Below are positions 38,060 through 47,843 of a DNA stretch of 64,000 nt, piece by piece (within the stretch, counting starts at the first letter, position 1; each line of letters begins with the position of its first letter). The notes under the pieces were generated by a model. The model was not told where the DNA came from. It searched no databases and worked only from the letters and a program-made list of their open reading frames with translations. The translations under genes were made by a program, and so were the position numbers. Source of the stretch: Minisyncoccota bacterium (GTDB lineage: Bacteria; Patescibacteriota; Minisyncoccia; Phycocordibacterales; Phycocordibacteraceae); contig JALHOO010000001.1 of NCBI GenBank assembly GCA_022842945.1, forward strand, positions 157,830-221,829. The letters are read 5' to 3'.

Positions 38060-39343
38060 ATGAAATCCCTACTCAAATCGTTCGTTGCAGGTTCTCTCGC
38101 GGTGCTCGCGGGTGCCGTTATACGCAAGTACCGTCCGCTTATCGTTATGGTAACGGGAAGCGTAGGGAAGACGTCAACGAAGGATGCGCTCGGAAGCGTA
38201 CTTGCGGGCAAGTTTAATCTGCGTGCAAGCGAGAAGAGCTACAACAGTGAGTTCGGTGTTCCGCTCACTATCCTTGGAAGCCGGAACCCGTGGGAGAACC
38301 CCTCGGCGTGGCTTCGAGTATTTAAGGAAGCATTCGCACTCCTTCTCCTTCCAAACATCTATCCGAAGCTTCTTGTGCTTGAGGTTGGTGCAGACAGGCC
38401 TGGAGACCTTGCACGCATCCTGCGCATTGCAGACCCTGACGCGGTTGTGGTTACGCGTCTTCCTGAGGTGCCGGTGCATGTTGAGGCGTACGCGAGTCCG
38501 CAGGCCGTGCGTGAGGAGGAATTCGCTCCTGCCTATGCGCTCACTCCTGGGGAGGCACTCATTATCTCTGCAGACGATCCTCATGCTATCGCTATGGCAG
38601 CGCGTCTTCCGGTTACTCTCACAACCTTCGGATTCGCAGACGGGGCTGATGTGCGTCTTGAAGGATACTCATACTTTGAAGAAAACGATGTGCGGGGTAT
38701 GGAGGCAATCCTTAATGTACGCGGAGAATCCTGCACCCTCCGGGTTATAGGCGCACTCGGCAAGTCCCAGCTCTATGCACCAGCAGCCGCTATTGCAACG
38801 GCGCTCTCGTTTGATATGCCGCTTAGTTTGGCGCTTGAAGGCGCACAAGCCTACGTACCTCCTGCCGGAAGAGGCCGCTTACTCGGAGGCAAGAACAACA
38901 CCCTCCTTATAGACGACTCATACAATGCGTCGCCTGCGGCCGTTGAAGAGGCGCTCTCTGCACTCCAACTGCTTCCAGGAAAGGGAAGAAGGATTGCCGC
39001 ACTTGGAGACATGCTTGAACTTGGACGGTATTCTGCAGAAGAACATGCGCGCATCGGTACGCTCTGTGCAGAGAAAGTTGATGTGCTGGTTGCGGTTGGT
39101 ACCCGCTCGCGCGCAACCGCTGAGGCAGCACGAGCTGCGGGTATGAAGGACGACAGTGTATTTGCCTTTGATACATCGCTAGAAGCTTCAGAGATGCTCG
39201 ACCTGTTTGTTCAAGAAGGGGATACGGTTCTGATTAAGGGCTCGCAGAGTATTCGTATGGAGCGCATTGCAGAGCGTCTTCTAAAGAACCCTGAGGACGG
39301 CGTAAAGCTGGTGCGGCAGGAGCGTGAGTGGAAGGCACGGTAG
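38060..39343 (+). CDS. murF: UDP-N-acetylmuramoyl-tripeptide--D-alanyl-D-alanine ligase
   Basis: Mur ligase P-loop VMVTGSVGKTSTKD and DDSYNASP motif. Confidence 0.85.
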   Translation: MKSLLKSFVAGSLAVLAGAVIRKYRPLIVMVTGSVGKTSTKDALGSVLAGKFNLRASEKSYNSEFGVPLTILGSRNPWENPSAWLRVFKEAFALLLLPNIYPKLLVLEVGADRPGDLARILRIADPDAVVVTRLPEVPVHVEAYASPQAVREEEFAPAYALTPGEALIISADDPHAIAMAARLPVTLTTFGFADGADVRLEGYSYFEENDVRGMEAILNVRGESCTLRVIGALGKSQLYAPAAAIATALSFDMPLSLALEGAQAYVPPAGRGRLLGGKNNTLLIDDSYNASPAAVEEALSALQLLPGKGRRIAALGDMLELGRYSAEEHARIGTLCAEKVDVLVAVGTRSRATAEAARAAGMKDDSVFAFDTSLEASEMLDLFVQEGDTVLIKGSQSIRMERIAERLLKNPEDGVKLVRQEREWKAR

Positions 39344-39424
39344 GAAACGTAGAATGAGTAAAAGAAGACCCGCTACATCCGAAGATGTAGCGGGTCAGTA
39401 TGCGTTATGTAGAGATTACGCGAG

Positions 39425-40792
39425 TCAGCCGTAGGTGCGACAGACTGCGCGCTTCACACCGCTCCACAGTAGGCGCACGTTTGTTGGCGCTTTGGGAGGA
39501 GTGTCGTTGCCACACATGGCGTACGTTTCGATGCGGACCAATACTGCGGCCTGTTTCTGACGTGACGTGTGCCGTTCGTAGAACTCGATTGCCTTGCCCA
39601 TGCCGCCCCAGAAGAGGATGATCAGGACTATTGCGATGATGCCGAACAGTGCGATGAGATACCATGCCCGGAGATCCGGATTCAGGAACCACGTCGCGGT
39701 AAGTGCGACCGCCGCAATCGGGAAGATGGGAACCAGCAGGAGTTTCCATCCCTTATAGTCCATCATGTGCTCATGCTCGTCTGATAGAAGCAGATTCTCT
39801 CCGAGCCTGGCCGACAGTCGAGTTGCCACGGCTTCCTTCCAGACCGGTAGCGGATTGCCGCCGAACAGAAAGTGCAGGATCCCGGCGAACAGAACCCAGG
39901 TCCGCTTGGTGATTTCGAACAGCAGGTATAGAGCCACGCCGAACGTGAACGCAAAGGCGATTCTTCCGCGCATGGAACACTCGTCCCTCGGCCTGTTCAG
40001 CTGGAAATAGCCCAGCCAGTCCTTCACCCAGTCGGGCAGAGGCTTGGCGAAGATCTCGGTTGGAACCGACACCTTCATGTGGTCGTAAGCGATGACCCGG
40101 CTGGTGCCCGAGATGAAGTCCAGATCGCGATGTGCAGTCCGAATTTCGTCGCCGTCGGAATCCCAGACGTTGATTTCGCCAGGCTTGTCGACGGCCTCCT
40201 TCAAGCGTGACCAGAAACGCCGTGCTTCGTTCGATTTCACCAGATAGGTGACGAAGTCGTAGTCGCCAGGGCTCCGGAAGGAGAAGTAGCCACGTCCGTC
40301 ACCGATGCGTTCGGCACCGTTTACAGTCTGGATGACTGTTTTCGACCTGTCCCACCATCTGTAGTTCGAGTCATCGTTACACTGCTTTTGGGCCACAATG
40401 ACCAGCGCCCACTGGCTCCCGATGTTGTCGCGCATGAAGGCCAGGATCTCTGGCTTGATGCACCACCGAAAGGGAACGGACGGATGATCGATCGTCGGGT
40501 CGTCGAAGTGAATCTCGACGGCGCCCTCGACAGGAAACTCGGAGGCTTCACGCACCTTGGCGGCGCGGAAAGCGTTCTCCCGTGTCGCGTCGTCGATGAC
40601 GGTGAAAGTCACCTGCATTCCAAGTTGTAGGCGAACATTGCAGTCGTCGCTGTGGATGTATACATCCTTTTTCGACGCCAAATCGGCCGGCGAACCGTCC
40701 TTCTTGGTGATGGTGCTGCGCTTGATGTAACCGTAGTCGCCGCCCCCGTTGAGTTTGTTGATGATACCTTTGTAGCGTTCTTGCTGGGCCAT
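39425..40792 (-). CDS. Cold-shock-domain (OB-fold) protein fused to an unknown 230-aa domain and a 4-TM C-terminal region
   Basis: N-terminal YKGIINKLNGGGDYGYIKR...DVYIHSDDC...GMQVTFTV aligns with the CspA RNP1/RNP2 region. There are four C-terminal hydrophobic helices. GC and codon use look higher than the neighbours, and it lies next to tRNA-Glu. Confidence 0.6.
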   Translation of the reverse strand: MAQQERYKGIINKLNGGGDYGYIKRSTITKKDGSPADLASKKDVYIHSDDCNVRLQLGMQVTFTVIDDATRENAFRAAKVREASEFPVEGAVEIHFDDPTIDHPSVPFRWCIKPEILAFMRDNIGSQWALVIVAQKQCNDDSNYRWWDRSKTVIQTVNGAERIGDGRGYFSFRSPGDYDFVTYLVKSNEARRFWSRLKEAVDKPGEINVWDSDGDEIRTAHRDLDFISGTSRVIAYDHMKVSVPTEIFAKPLPDWVKDWLGYFQLNRPRDECSMRGRIAFAFTFGVALYLLFEITKRTWVLFAGILHFLFGGNPLPVWKEAVATRLSARLGENLLLSDEHEHMMDYKGWKLLLVPIFPIAAVALTATWFLNPDLRAWYLIALFGIIAIVLIILFWGGMGKAIEFYERHTSRQKQAAVLVRIETYAMCGNDTPPKAPTNVRLLWSGVKRAVCRTYG

Positions 40793-40970
40793 GAAGGTCC
40801 CTTTCTGTTGTGAGCAGCAGAAGTTTTATTCTCTGGAAAGAACTGCTCTTTCTTCCAGAAATCCTATGCACCCGTTACGGATGCGCAGGAAGCTGGAGAA
40901 AAGAGCGTACGAAAATACTTTAACACTTAGAAGAATAAAGTCAATTTAGGCATTTGCCATAACTAAACGC

Positions 40971-40996
40971 AAAACCGCCCTTTCAGGGGCGGTTTT
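40971..40996. terminator. Bidirectional terminator between tRNA-Glu and the CSD-membrane gene promoter
   Basis: aaaaccgccc-tttcag-gggcggtttt. Confidence 0.65.
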
Positions 40997-41003
40997 GCTC
41001 GTG

Positions 41004-41075
41004 TGACCTCACGGGGAATCGAACCCCGATTTGATCCGTGAGAGGGATCTGTCCTAACCGTTAGACGATGAGGCC
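41004..41075 (-). tRNA. tRNA-Glu (anticodon CTC)
   Basis: Acceptor GGCCTCA/TGAGGTC, anticodon loop CTCTCAC, T-loop GGTTCGATTCC. CCA is not encoded. Confidence 0.7.
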
Positions 41076-41094
41076 GTACAGGTTTTATACCAGA

Positions 41095-41967
41095 TTACCG
41101 CAAGGAATTCCAGACCGGGTATCCGAGCCAGTGTCTACGCTTTCCTATACGAGTCCGCTTAATGGAGAGGCAGAGTCCCTTGGTATCAAGGTTTGCCCCT
41201 ATACGCTCCGCTAGGGTGCGCATATAGGTGCCTGAGGCGCAGACAACAGAGAGTGTAAGGATGGTGTACGAGCGGTTAGGAATCTTCCCAAAGAGAGACC
41301 TCCATTCTTCACGTATCTCGTCCTGTCTGAAGTCTGCACCCAGTTCCTTAGAGGGTTCGTCTGAACGGGGAGCTTTAGAGAGCATGGATTGTATGCGCGC
41401 GTGCAGTTCTTCAGCGGGTGTCTCAGAGAGACTCCTTTGCTTGATGGAATAGATGGTTTCGTTGTGGCGGGGTATCTCTACGGTACTGAGCGTTCCTTCA
41501 AGTGCGTACAGGAACAAGGGCTTTCCCTCCACCGTCTTTGAAGAGAATGCGGGGTACGCAACAAACTTGGTTCCTGTTTGCTCTTTGAGCACTTTCTTAA
41601 TCTCTGCAGGAGAGGGGAGTGTCTCTTTATCTGCATAGGTTGGCATACCAAGCACGTCCCCGGTATCTGTTGAGAAATCTAAGAGCACCTCAATCTCATA
41701 CTCCTTATCAAGACCTCTATAGTTCTCCTGGCGCTTGCATTCCTCTCCAAGAAGCACGAGCAACATGCCTTCAGCCATAGGGTCCAGTCTTCCCGCATAG
41801 CTTGCAGGAATGTTCGTGTAGGCAGGGTTAGCAGCTTTCCACGCTGTTATAGCTTCAAGGGGCGTTTGACCCACTTCTTTATACAGAAGGACGTAGGGAG
41901 GGATCATAGGGTAATGGTATGGTACGAGGTATGAAAATGAAAACCGCCCAGTCGCTTTCTGCAACAC
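41095..41967 (-). CDS. truB: tRNA pseudouridine(55) synthase TruB
   Basis: AGRLDPMAEGMLLVLLGE catalytic Asp motif; the C-terminal extension is PUA-like. Confidence 0.8.
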   Translation of the reverse strand: MLQKATGRFSFSYLVPYHYPMIPPYVLLYKEVGQTPLEAITAWKAANPAYTNIPASYAGRLDPMAEGMLLVLLGEECKRQENYRGLDKEYEIEVLLDFSTDTGDVLGMPTYADKETLPSPAEIKKVLKEQTGTKFVAYPAFSSKTVEGKPLFLYALEGTLSTVEIPRHNETIYSIKQRSLSETPAEELHARIQSMLSKAPRSDEPSKELGADFRQDEIREEWRSLFGKIPNRSYTILTLSVVCASGTYMRTLAERIGANLDTKGLCLSIKRTRIGKRRHWLGYPVWNSLR

Positions 41968-41995
41968 GGGCGGTCGGGTCTTCGAGAACTTCTGT

Positions 41996-42283
41996 TCAGT
42001 GGTAGCTCATCGTGTCGGGCGTGAAGTACTCTCGAATCTCCACTCCGAGTTTCGCAGCCTGATTGCGGAGGCCTTCATGAGAGGCGACCTTCACTGTCCG
42101 GCGCACTTCGATCCAGGGCAGGGGCCTTTCGACCCTCCGTCCTTTAAGCACGTCTTTTTCGAAAAGGGCGATTCGCTCTTCGCTGATACCTTCGGCGAGC
42201 AGGAATCCCTGAATCATGACCTCTTCTCCGTCCTTCGAGAAATGTCTCTGGAACGGAGCATAAATCAACGCATGCTTACACAT
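41996..42283 (-). CDS. Hypothetical protein
   Basis: 95-aa ORF, co-directional with the truB and yqeY operon. Strand choice over the antisense ORF rests on operon direction only. Confidence 0.35.
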   Translation of the reverse strand: MCKHALIYAPFQRHFSKDGEEVMIQGFLLAEGISEERIALFEKDVLKGRRVERPLPWIEVRRTVKVASHEGLRNQAAKLGVEIREYFTPDTMSYH

Positions 42284-42397
42284 TGTAGGTGACCTCTCAT
42301 TTCACGTGAATGAATTACGTCACCATCACCGAACCCTGCCGCTACCATAGCACGCAGGAATCATACGTAAAGGCTCTACGTCATGAAGAACGGCGGC

Positions 42398-42655
42398 CTA
42401 GAGATGGCCGCCGAAGAAATATTCCTCATTGCTATTCTGGTTTTGCTCCACCTCAACCATAGTGTTGGTGATTGTGGGGTCCTCGAGAATCTGTTCGTAC
42501 AGATCGTCTTCATGGTCGACGATCTTCTCAGTCTTCTGTGCGAGCTTTTTTCGTGCTCTCGCCTCGCCACCACGACGTGCGCACATAAGCACGAAACTGT
42601 AGTCGTCCCGGGCCAGCGCATCAGCGATGAACGCTGGTTTTGAGCGTTTTGCCAT
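42398..42655 (-). CDS. Hypothetical small acidic protein
   Basis: 85 aa from the internal Met, with a GGAGG Shine-Dalgarno 7 nt upstream. The longer ORF would overlap yqeY. Confidence 0.45.
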   Translation of the reverse strand: MAKRSKPAFIADALARDDYSFVLMCARRGGEARARKKLAQKTEKIVDHEDDLYEQILEDPTITNTMVEVEQNQNSNEEYFFGGHL

Positions 42656-42710
42656 TCTCTCCTCCAGACAGAGCTCCTGGAAGCATTCTACCGACAAACC
42701 CCCAAAAGAA

Positions 42711-43166
42711 TCAAGATAGTAGGGAGTCGATAACCGCCTTAACTGCGCCTCCGTCTGCGCGTCCCTTAAGTTCCTGCATAACCGCGCCCGTAAAGCGGCC
42801 GGCATCTTTCTTCTCAGAGATACCCAGCTCAGTCATCTTTGCTTTAACCACAACCTCAATCTCTTCAGTACTCATCTGCTCGGGAAGAAGAGATTCAAGC
42901 ACAACGAGCTCCTCTTTCTCTGGTACTGCGAGCTCATGACGTCCTGCTGCCTCAAACTGCTCGATAGAGTCCTTGCGCTGGTTCGCAGCACGCTTCACAA
43001 CTGCGAGTGCCTCTTCGTCCGTTAGGAACTCATCTGGCTTACGCTTCTTTGCAACGACTTCGTTTGTCATTGCGCTTGCAAGGGAGCGGAGGGTGCGCAG
43101 ACGCACCTCGTCTTTCGCACGAAGCGCGTCGGGAATACCTGCCTTTATGGTCTCATGTATGGTCAT
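42711..43166 (-). CDS. yqeY: GatB/YqeY domain protein
   Basis: 151 aa; the all-helical GatB_Yqey pattern (LRSLASAMTNEVVAKKRK...LTDEEALAVV). Confidence 0.7.
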   Translation of the reverse strand: MTIHETIKAGIPDALRAKDEVRLRTLRSLASAMTNEVVAKKRKPDEFLTDEEALAVVKRAANQRKDSIEQFEAAGRHELAVPEKEELVVLESLLPEQMSTEEIEVVVKAKMTELGISEKKDAGRFTGAVMQELKGRADGGAVKAVIDSLLS

Positions 43167-43199
43167 GAGGGAATCGTACCATTCTGTTCCTATGAGGGT

Positions 43200-43949
43200 C
43201 TAGGTCCGGTACGAAGCGGGAATGCTCGCATACCCCTCCTTGGAGACGATGACATGATCTACAAGCTCAATACCAAGGAGACGTCCTGCGTCTATGAGCT
43301 GCTTCGTAACTGCGAGATCTGCAGAGGAGGGAACCAGGTCCCCTGAGGGATGGTTGTGTACGAGGATTACCGCAGCTGCCGCATACTCAAGTGCTGGACG
43401 GAATACTTCACGCGGATGCACCAGGTTCGTGTCTATGGTGCCTATAGACAGTACCTCGTCGCGAATAACCTTATATCGACTATTGAGATAGAGCCCCCGC
43501 AGGTGCTCCTTGGGAAGTGTGCGCATGTCCGTAACATGCTCGAAGACATCGCTTGCCGTGCGCACGATAGGGAGCTGGCGATCATTCTTCGCAAAGAATC
43601 GGCGCCCAAGCTCAGCACTCGCCACAATCTGCATACTCTTCCCAAGAGGAATGCCTGCTTGTTCTGCAAGGCGCGCCGCATCCGTCTCCTGCATGATTGA
43701 ACGGTCTCCGTACTCGCTCGTTATGCGCTCTGCCATGGAGAGCACATTCTCTTTGCGGGTTCCTACGGAAAGCACAATGGCTATAAGCTCGGTTGTTGAA
43801 AGTGCCGAGGGTCCTTGGGTAAGGAGGCGTTCGCGCGGGCGCTCGTCATGCGGGAGGTCGTTAATGGCGAGAACGTACGGGTGCTCCACTTCAGAAAGTA
43901 GGGAAGCTGAAGGGGTAACGACGTACGGGCTTCGGATAGCGTGTCTCAT
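43200..43949 (-). CDS. radC: RadC-like JAB/MPN domain protein
   Basis: JAMM motif HNHPSGDLVPSSADLAVT and an N-terminal HhH-like region. Confidence 0.8.
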   Translation of the reverse strand: MRHAIRSPYVVTPSASLLSEVEHPYVLAINDLPHDERPRERLLTQGPSALSTTELIAIVLSVGTRKENVLSMAERITSEYGDRSIMQETDAARLAEQAGIPLGKSMQIVASAELGRRFFAKNDRQLPIVRTASDVFEHVTDMRTLPKEHLRGLYLNSRYKVIRDEVLSIGTIDTNLVHPREVFRPALEYAAAAVILVHNHPSGDLVPSSADLAVTKQLIDAGRLLGIELVDHVIVSKEGYASIPASYRT

Positions 43950-44069
43950 ATATATAACCGTACGTGAGCAGCGGGCATTTCTCAGAAAAGAAATCCACAG
44001 AATACTTCAGGTTTTCTTTATCTTTCTGTGCATACGGCAGTCTTGGGTCGTCAGGTATACTAAGGCCTA

Positions 44070-46748
44070 ATGGCTATTGAATCGTGGCATGCCCTTACCC
44101 CAGACGCGACCGCTCAGCGTTTGGCTACAAACCGTGAGCGCGGCCTGGAGAGCCAGGAGGCACAGGCGCGGCTGGCGGAAGGTAAGAATCAAATGCCCGA
44201 ACCTGAGCGTGACGGCTTCCTTGCGAAACTTCTAAAGCAGTTCGCAAGTCCGATAACGCTCGTGCTGGTGGTAGCGGCAGGTGCAACACTCGCCCTCTCC
44301 CATGTAACTGACTCCCTTGTTATTCTCGCCGCGCTCATGGTTAACGTGGTGATGGGGTTGGTGCAGGAGGGAAGAGCCGGAAAAGCCTTCGAGGCCTTGA
44401 AGAAAGGGGAGGCACGTAACGCGGTGGTGCTTCGAAACGGAGAGCCGCTACGCATTCCTTCAGAGGAATTGGTGGTGGGAGATCTGGTTGTACTCTCCAC
44501 GGGGGATGCTATTCCTGCAGACATACGTCTGGTTGAGGTGCATGGACTTTCCGTCAACGAGTCCGCGCTCTCTGGAGAGTGGCTCGCAGTAGAGAAGAAT
44601 ATAGAGGAGTCCAGAGAGAATGCTCCGCTGGTTGAGCGTACGGGCATGGTGTATGCAGGTACTCTTGTTAGTGCAGGAGCAGGAAAGGGACTCGTGGTAG
44701 CTATTGGAAGAAATACGGAGATTGGAAAGATTGCGGTTGAGCTCGGAAAGAAGGATGAGAGTGTCACCCCGCTGATGCGTGACATTCGCCAGGTGGCACG
44801 CTTCATTCTTACTGCAGTGAGTGTGATCCTCGTGGGCATCATTGCACTGGGATTCTTCCGTGGCCTTCCGCTTGACGAGACCATCTTCACAGCTATCGCC
44901 CTTGCGGTAGCCAGTGTTCCAGAGGGTCTCCCTGCAGCAGTAACGGTGGTGCTTGCGCTTGGTATGGAGCGCATCCTTAAGAGCGGAGGACTCGTACGCA
45001 ATCTTCTTGCGGCAGAGACCCTGGGCACTACAAGCATCATCCTCACCGATAAGACGGGCACACTAACGGAAGGTAGGATGACGCTCGAACAGTTCGTTGG
45101 GACAAGCACAATCTCAATTGATGCCGTGCATGGAGAGGCACGACTCCTGTTAACTGCAGCAGTCCTCGCGTCAAACGCGTACGTAGAAGAGCGTCCTGAG
45201 GCAATTGAGGACGAGAAACTCGTGGTGCATGGACGCCCCATAGAGTCAGCCATTGTTATGGCGGGACTTAAGAACAGCATTGCGCAGCACGTCCTTCTAG
45301 AGGAGTTTCCGCGCATGGACGAGCTGCACTTCGATTCCGCACGCAGATTCGGGGGCATGCTTGTGCGTGCACAGGAAGGACCCGTTGCATACCTTACGGG
45401 TGCTCCTGAACTCTTTTTGTCGCATATAGGAAAGTCCGTGAATGCAGAAGGGCGTGCGGAGGTTATTTCAAAAGAAGTACTCGCACACCTCGAAGACGCG
45501 CTCGAGGACGCTGCCAAGCAAGGGAAGCGAGTTATTGCGGTTGCGCGCGTAACCGAACCTGGCACTTCGTTCCCTCAAGAGAAAGGTCTTGAGGACTTCC
45601 TCCGTTCAGGAGAGCTGCTTGGTCTCTTGGTGTTCTCAGACGTGATTCGTCCAGAAGCAAAAGAGGCTATTGCCGCCATGCGCAGCGCAGGGTGTCGCGT
45701 GATTATGCTCACCGGCGACAATCCAGAGACCGCGCTCTCTATAGCACGTACAGTTGGTATTGCAGACGATCCTGAGGAGCGTGCCTATATAGGTGCAGAA
45801 CTCACCACCCTAACGGATGCCGAGCTTGTTGAGCTTCTACGCACGCACACCGTATTTGCACGCGTAGCACCCTCTGAGAAGCTTCGTATTGCGAACGTGC
45901 TCAAGGATGCGGGGGAGATAATAGCTATGACCGGAGACGGAGTGAATGATGCACCTGCGCTCCGTGCTGCGTCCATTGGTATTGCACTTGGGTCCGGTAC
46001 GGACGTTGCCAAAGAGGCATCTGACCTGGTGCTCCTTAATAACGGGTTCTCGGTTATAACCGCAGCCATTCGAGAGGGAAGACGTCTTCGAGACAACTTC
46101 AAGAAGATCTTTGCGTACATGCTTTCAACCAACTTCAGCGAGGTTGTCCTGATTGCGTTCTCACTCATCTTCGCTCTCCCGCTTCCCATCCTTCCTACCC
46201 AGATACTCTGGTCCAATCTGGTACAGGGCGGTCTCATGAACTTCGCGTTTGCCTTCGAACCTCTCTATCCAGATGCGATGAAGCGAAACCCTCAAGACCC
46301 TGAGACTTCTCGAGTAATCTCACCGAAGATTGTCCAGCTTATCGTCCTCGTTGGAACCATCACCTCCGGTACCCTCATCAGCGTCTACCTCTTCCTTATC
46401 TCCTTCACGGCACTTTCTCTTCCTGAGATTCAGACCCTTATGTTCGTTGCGGTGTCCGTGAACTGTATCTTCATGGCGTTCTCTATGAAGAGTTTCGGCA
46501 CGCCGTTGTGGAAGATTTCCTTGTTCTCAAACAAGTTCTTGCTTGTCTCGCTCGTGGCGAGTGCGGGTATTCTTCTTGCAGTGCTGTTCGTACCTTTCCT
46601 GCAAGGGCTTGTGCATGTGTCCCCGCCAACCATGCTTCAGATAGGTATGCTCGTTGGGTTTGGGTTGGTTAACCTTGCAACCATTGAAATTGTTAAGTGG
46701 CTTGTCTTTATTCGTCCACGCACACCGTCCGGTATACTCAAGGTATGA
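44070..46748 (+). CDS. P-type cation-transporting ATPase (type IIA-like, Ca2+/Mg2+)
   Basis: DKTGTLT phosphorylation site, GDGVNDAPAL hinge, and 10 TM helices. Confidence 0.85.
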   Translation: MAIESWHALTPDATAQRLATNRERGLESQEAQARLAEGKNQMPEPERDGFLAKLLKQFASPITLVLVVAAGATLALSHVTDSLVILAALMVNVVMGLVQEGRAGKAFEALKKGEARNAVVLRNGEPLRIPSEELVVGDLVVLSTGDAIPADIRLVEVHGLSVNESALSGEWLAVEKNIEESRENAPLVERTGMVYAGTLVSAGAGKGLVVAIGRNTEIGKIAVELGKKDESVTPLMRDIRQVARFILTAVSVILVGIIALGFFRGLPLDETIFTAIALAVASVPEGLPAAVTVVLALGMERILKSGGLVRNLLAAETLGTTSIILTDKTGTLTEGRMTLEQFVGTSTISIDAVHGEARLLLTAAVLASNAYVEERPEAIEDEKLVVHGRPIESAIVMAGLKNSIAQHVLLEEFPRMDELHFDSARRFGGMLVRAQEGPVAYLTGAPELFLSHIGKSVNAEGRAEVISKEVLAHLEDALEDAAKQGKRVIAVARVTEPGTSFPQEKGLEDFLRSGELLGLLVFSDVIRPEAKEAIAAMRSAGCRVIMLTGDNPETALSIARTVGIADDPEERAYIGAELTTLTDAELVELLRTHTVFARVAPSEKLRIANVLKDAGEIIAMTGDGVNDAPALRAASIGIALGSGTDVAKEASDLVLLNNGFSVITAAIREGRRLRDNFKKIFAYMLSTNFSEVVLIAFSLIFALPLPILPTQILWSNLVQGGLMNFAFAFEPLYPDAMKRNPQDPETSRVISPKIVQLIVLVGTITSGTLISVYLFLISFTALSLPEIQTLMFVAVSVNCIFMAFSMKSFGTPLWKISLFSNKFLLVSLVASAGILLAVLFVPFLQGLVHVSPPTMLQIGMLVGFGLVNLATIEIVKWLVFIRPRTPSGILKV

Positions 46749-47797
46749 ACGTCATAACTGTTGTAATCATTGTCGCGGTACTTATTCTGTTCCAGGGTAT
46801 AGGTCTCTGGCTCGTGCTTAAGCGTCGCGAGAACGACACTCCTAAGGACGATGGCGGTCTCCTCCTGATCCAGAATCAGATGGAGAAGCTTGAGCGTTCC
46901 TTGGACTCTCGTATGGCAGAGAGCTCTCGCTCGATGCATGAGACTATGCGAAGCCAGGTAGGGGAGAGTTCCAGGCTTTTGAAGGAGATAACGCAGGAGA
47001 TAACCTCCGTGAAAGAGATTGGACGTGAGACGGGGAAGTTTGCTGAACAGTTGAAGAACCTCCAAGACATCCTGAAGAACCCGAAGCAGCGCGGTATCCT
47101 CGGCGAGTACTATCTCGAGACTGTGCTCAAGAACGTGCTTCCTCCCGGCATGTTCAAGATGCAGCATGCATTCTCGAACGGAGAGATCGTTGATGCTGCG
47201 GTGTATGTAAACGACAAGATTGTTCCTATCGACTCAAAGTTCTCGCTCGACAACTACAACCGCTACATCCATGCAGAGGGCGCTGAGCGCATTACGCTTG
47301 AGAAAGCATTCGTGAACGATCTTAAGATTCGTATCACAGAGACCGCTAAGTACATCCGTCCTGAAGAGGGCACCATGGACTTCGCATTCATGTTTATTCC
47401 CTCAGAGGGCATCTACTACGACCTCCTCACCAACCAGGTAGGTGCCGGAGAGGACGAGAACCTTATCCAGAGAGCCGCCGGCAAGTTCAAGGTTATTATC
47501 GTGTCGCCAACCTCCTTCCTTGCGTACCTCCAGACCGTTATGCAGGGCCTTAAGGCGCTCCAGATAGAGAAGCAGGCAGAGGAGATCCAGAAGCGTGTAG
47601 GGGAGCTTGGCAAGCACCTCGCCTCATATGAGACCTATTACCAGAAGCTTGGGGTGTCTCTGGGCACCGCCGTCTCCCACTACAACGCTGGGTACAAAGA
47701 GCTCGGAAAGGTTGAAAAGGACGTGTACCGTATAGCTGAGGAGAAGATAGGGCTTGATGTCCAATTGCTGGATAAGCCCGGGAATACTGAGGAATAG
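46745..47797 (+). CDS. rmuC: DNA recombination protein RmuC
   Basis: N-terminal TM, a long coiled coil, and the RmuC C-terminal domain. Its start ATG overlaps the ATPase stop in an ATGA overlap. Confidence 0.7.
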   Translation: MNVITVVIIVAVLILFQGIGLWLVLKRRENDTPKDDGGLLLIQNQMEKLERSLDSRMAESSRSMHETMRSQVGESSRLLKEITQEITSVKEIGRETGKFAEQLKNLQDILKNPKQRGILGEYYLETVLKNVLPPGMFKMQHAFSNGEIVDAAVYVNDKIVPIDSKFSLDNYNRYIHAEGAERITLEKAFVNDLKIRITETAKYIRPEEGTMDFAFMFIPSEGIYYDLLTNQVGAGEDENLIQRAAGKFKVIIVSPTSFLAYLQTVMQGLKALQIEKQAEEIQKRVGELGKHLASYETYYQKLGVSLGTAVSHYNAGYKELGKVEKDVYRIAEEKIGLDVQLLDKPGNTEE

Positions 47798-47843
47798 CCT
47801 CACTATTGCTTTTTAGGGCCTACTTAGGTATTCTGAGGGGACT

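Noticed and set aside
44189-45565. 458-aa ORF on the minus strand.
   Set aside because: Antisense within the P-type ATPase gene, which has unmistakable DKTGTLT and GDGVNDAP motifs. The translation is low-complexity S/A/R/T-rich.
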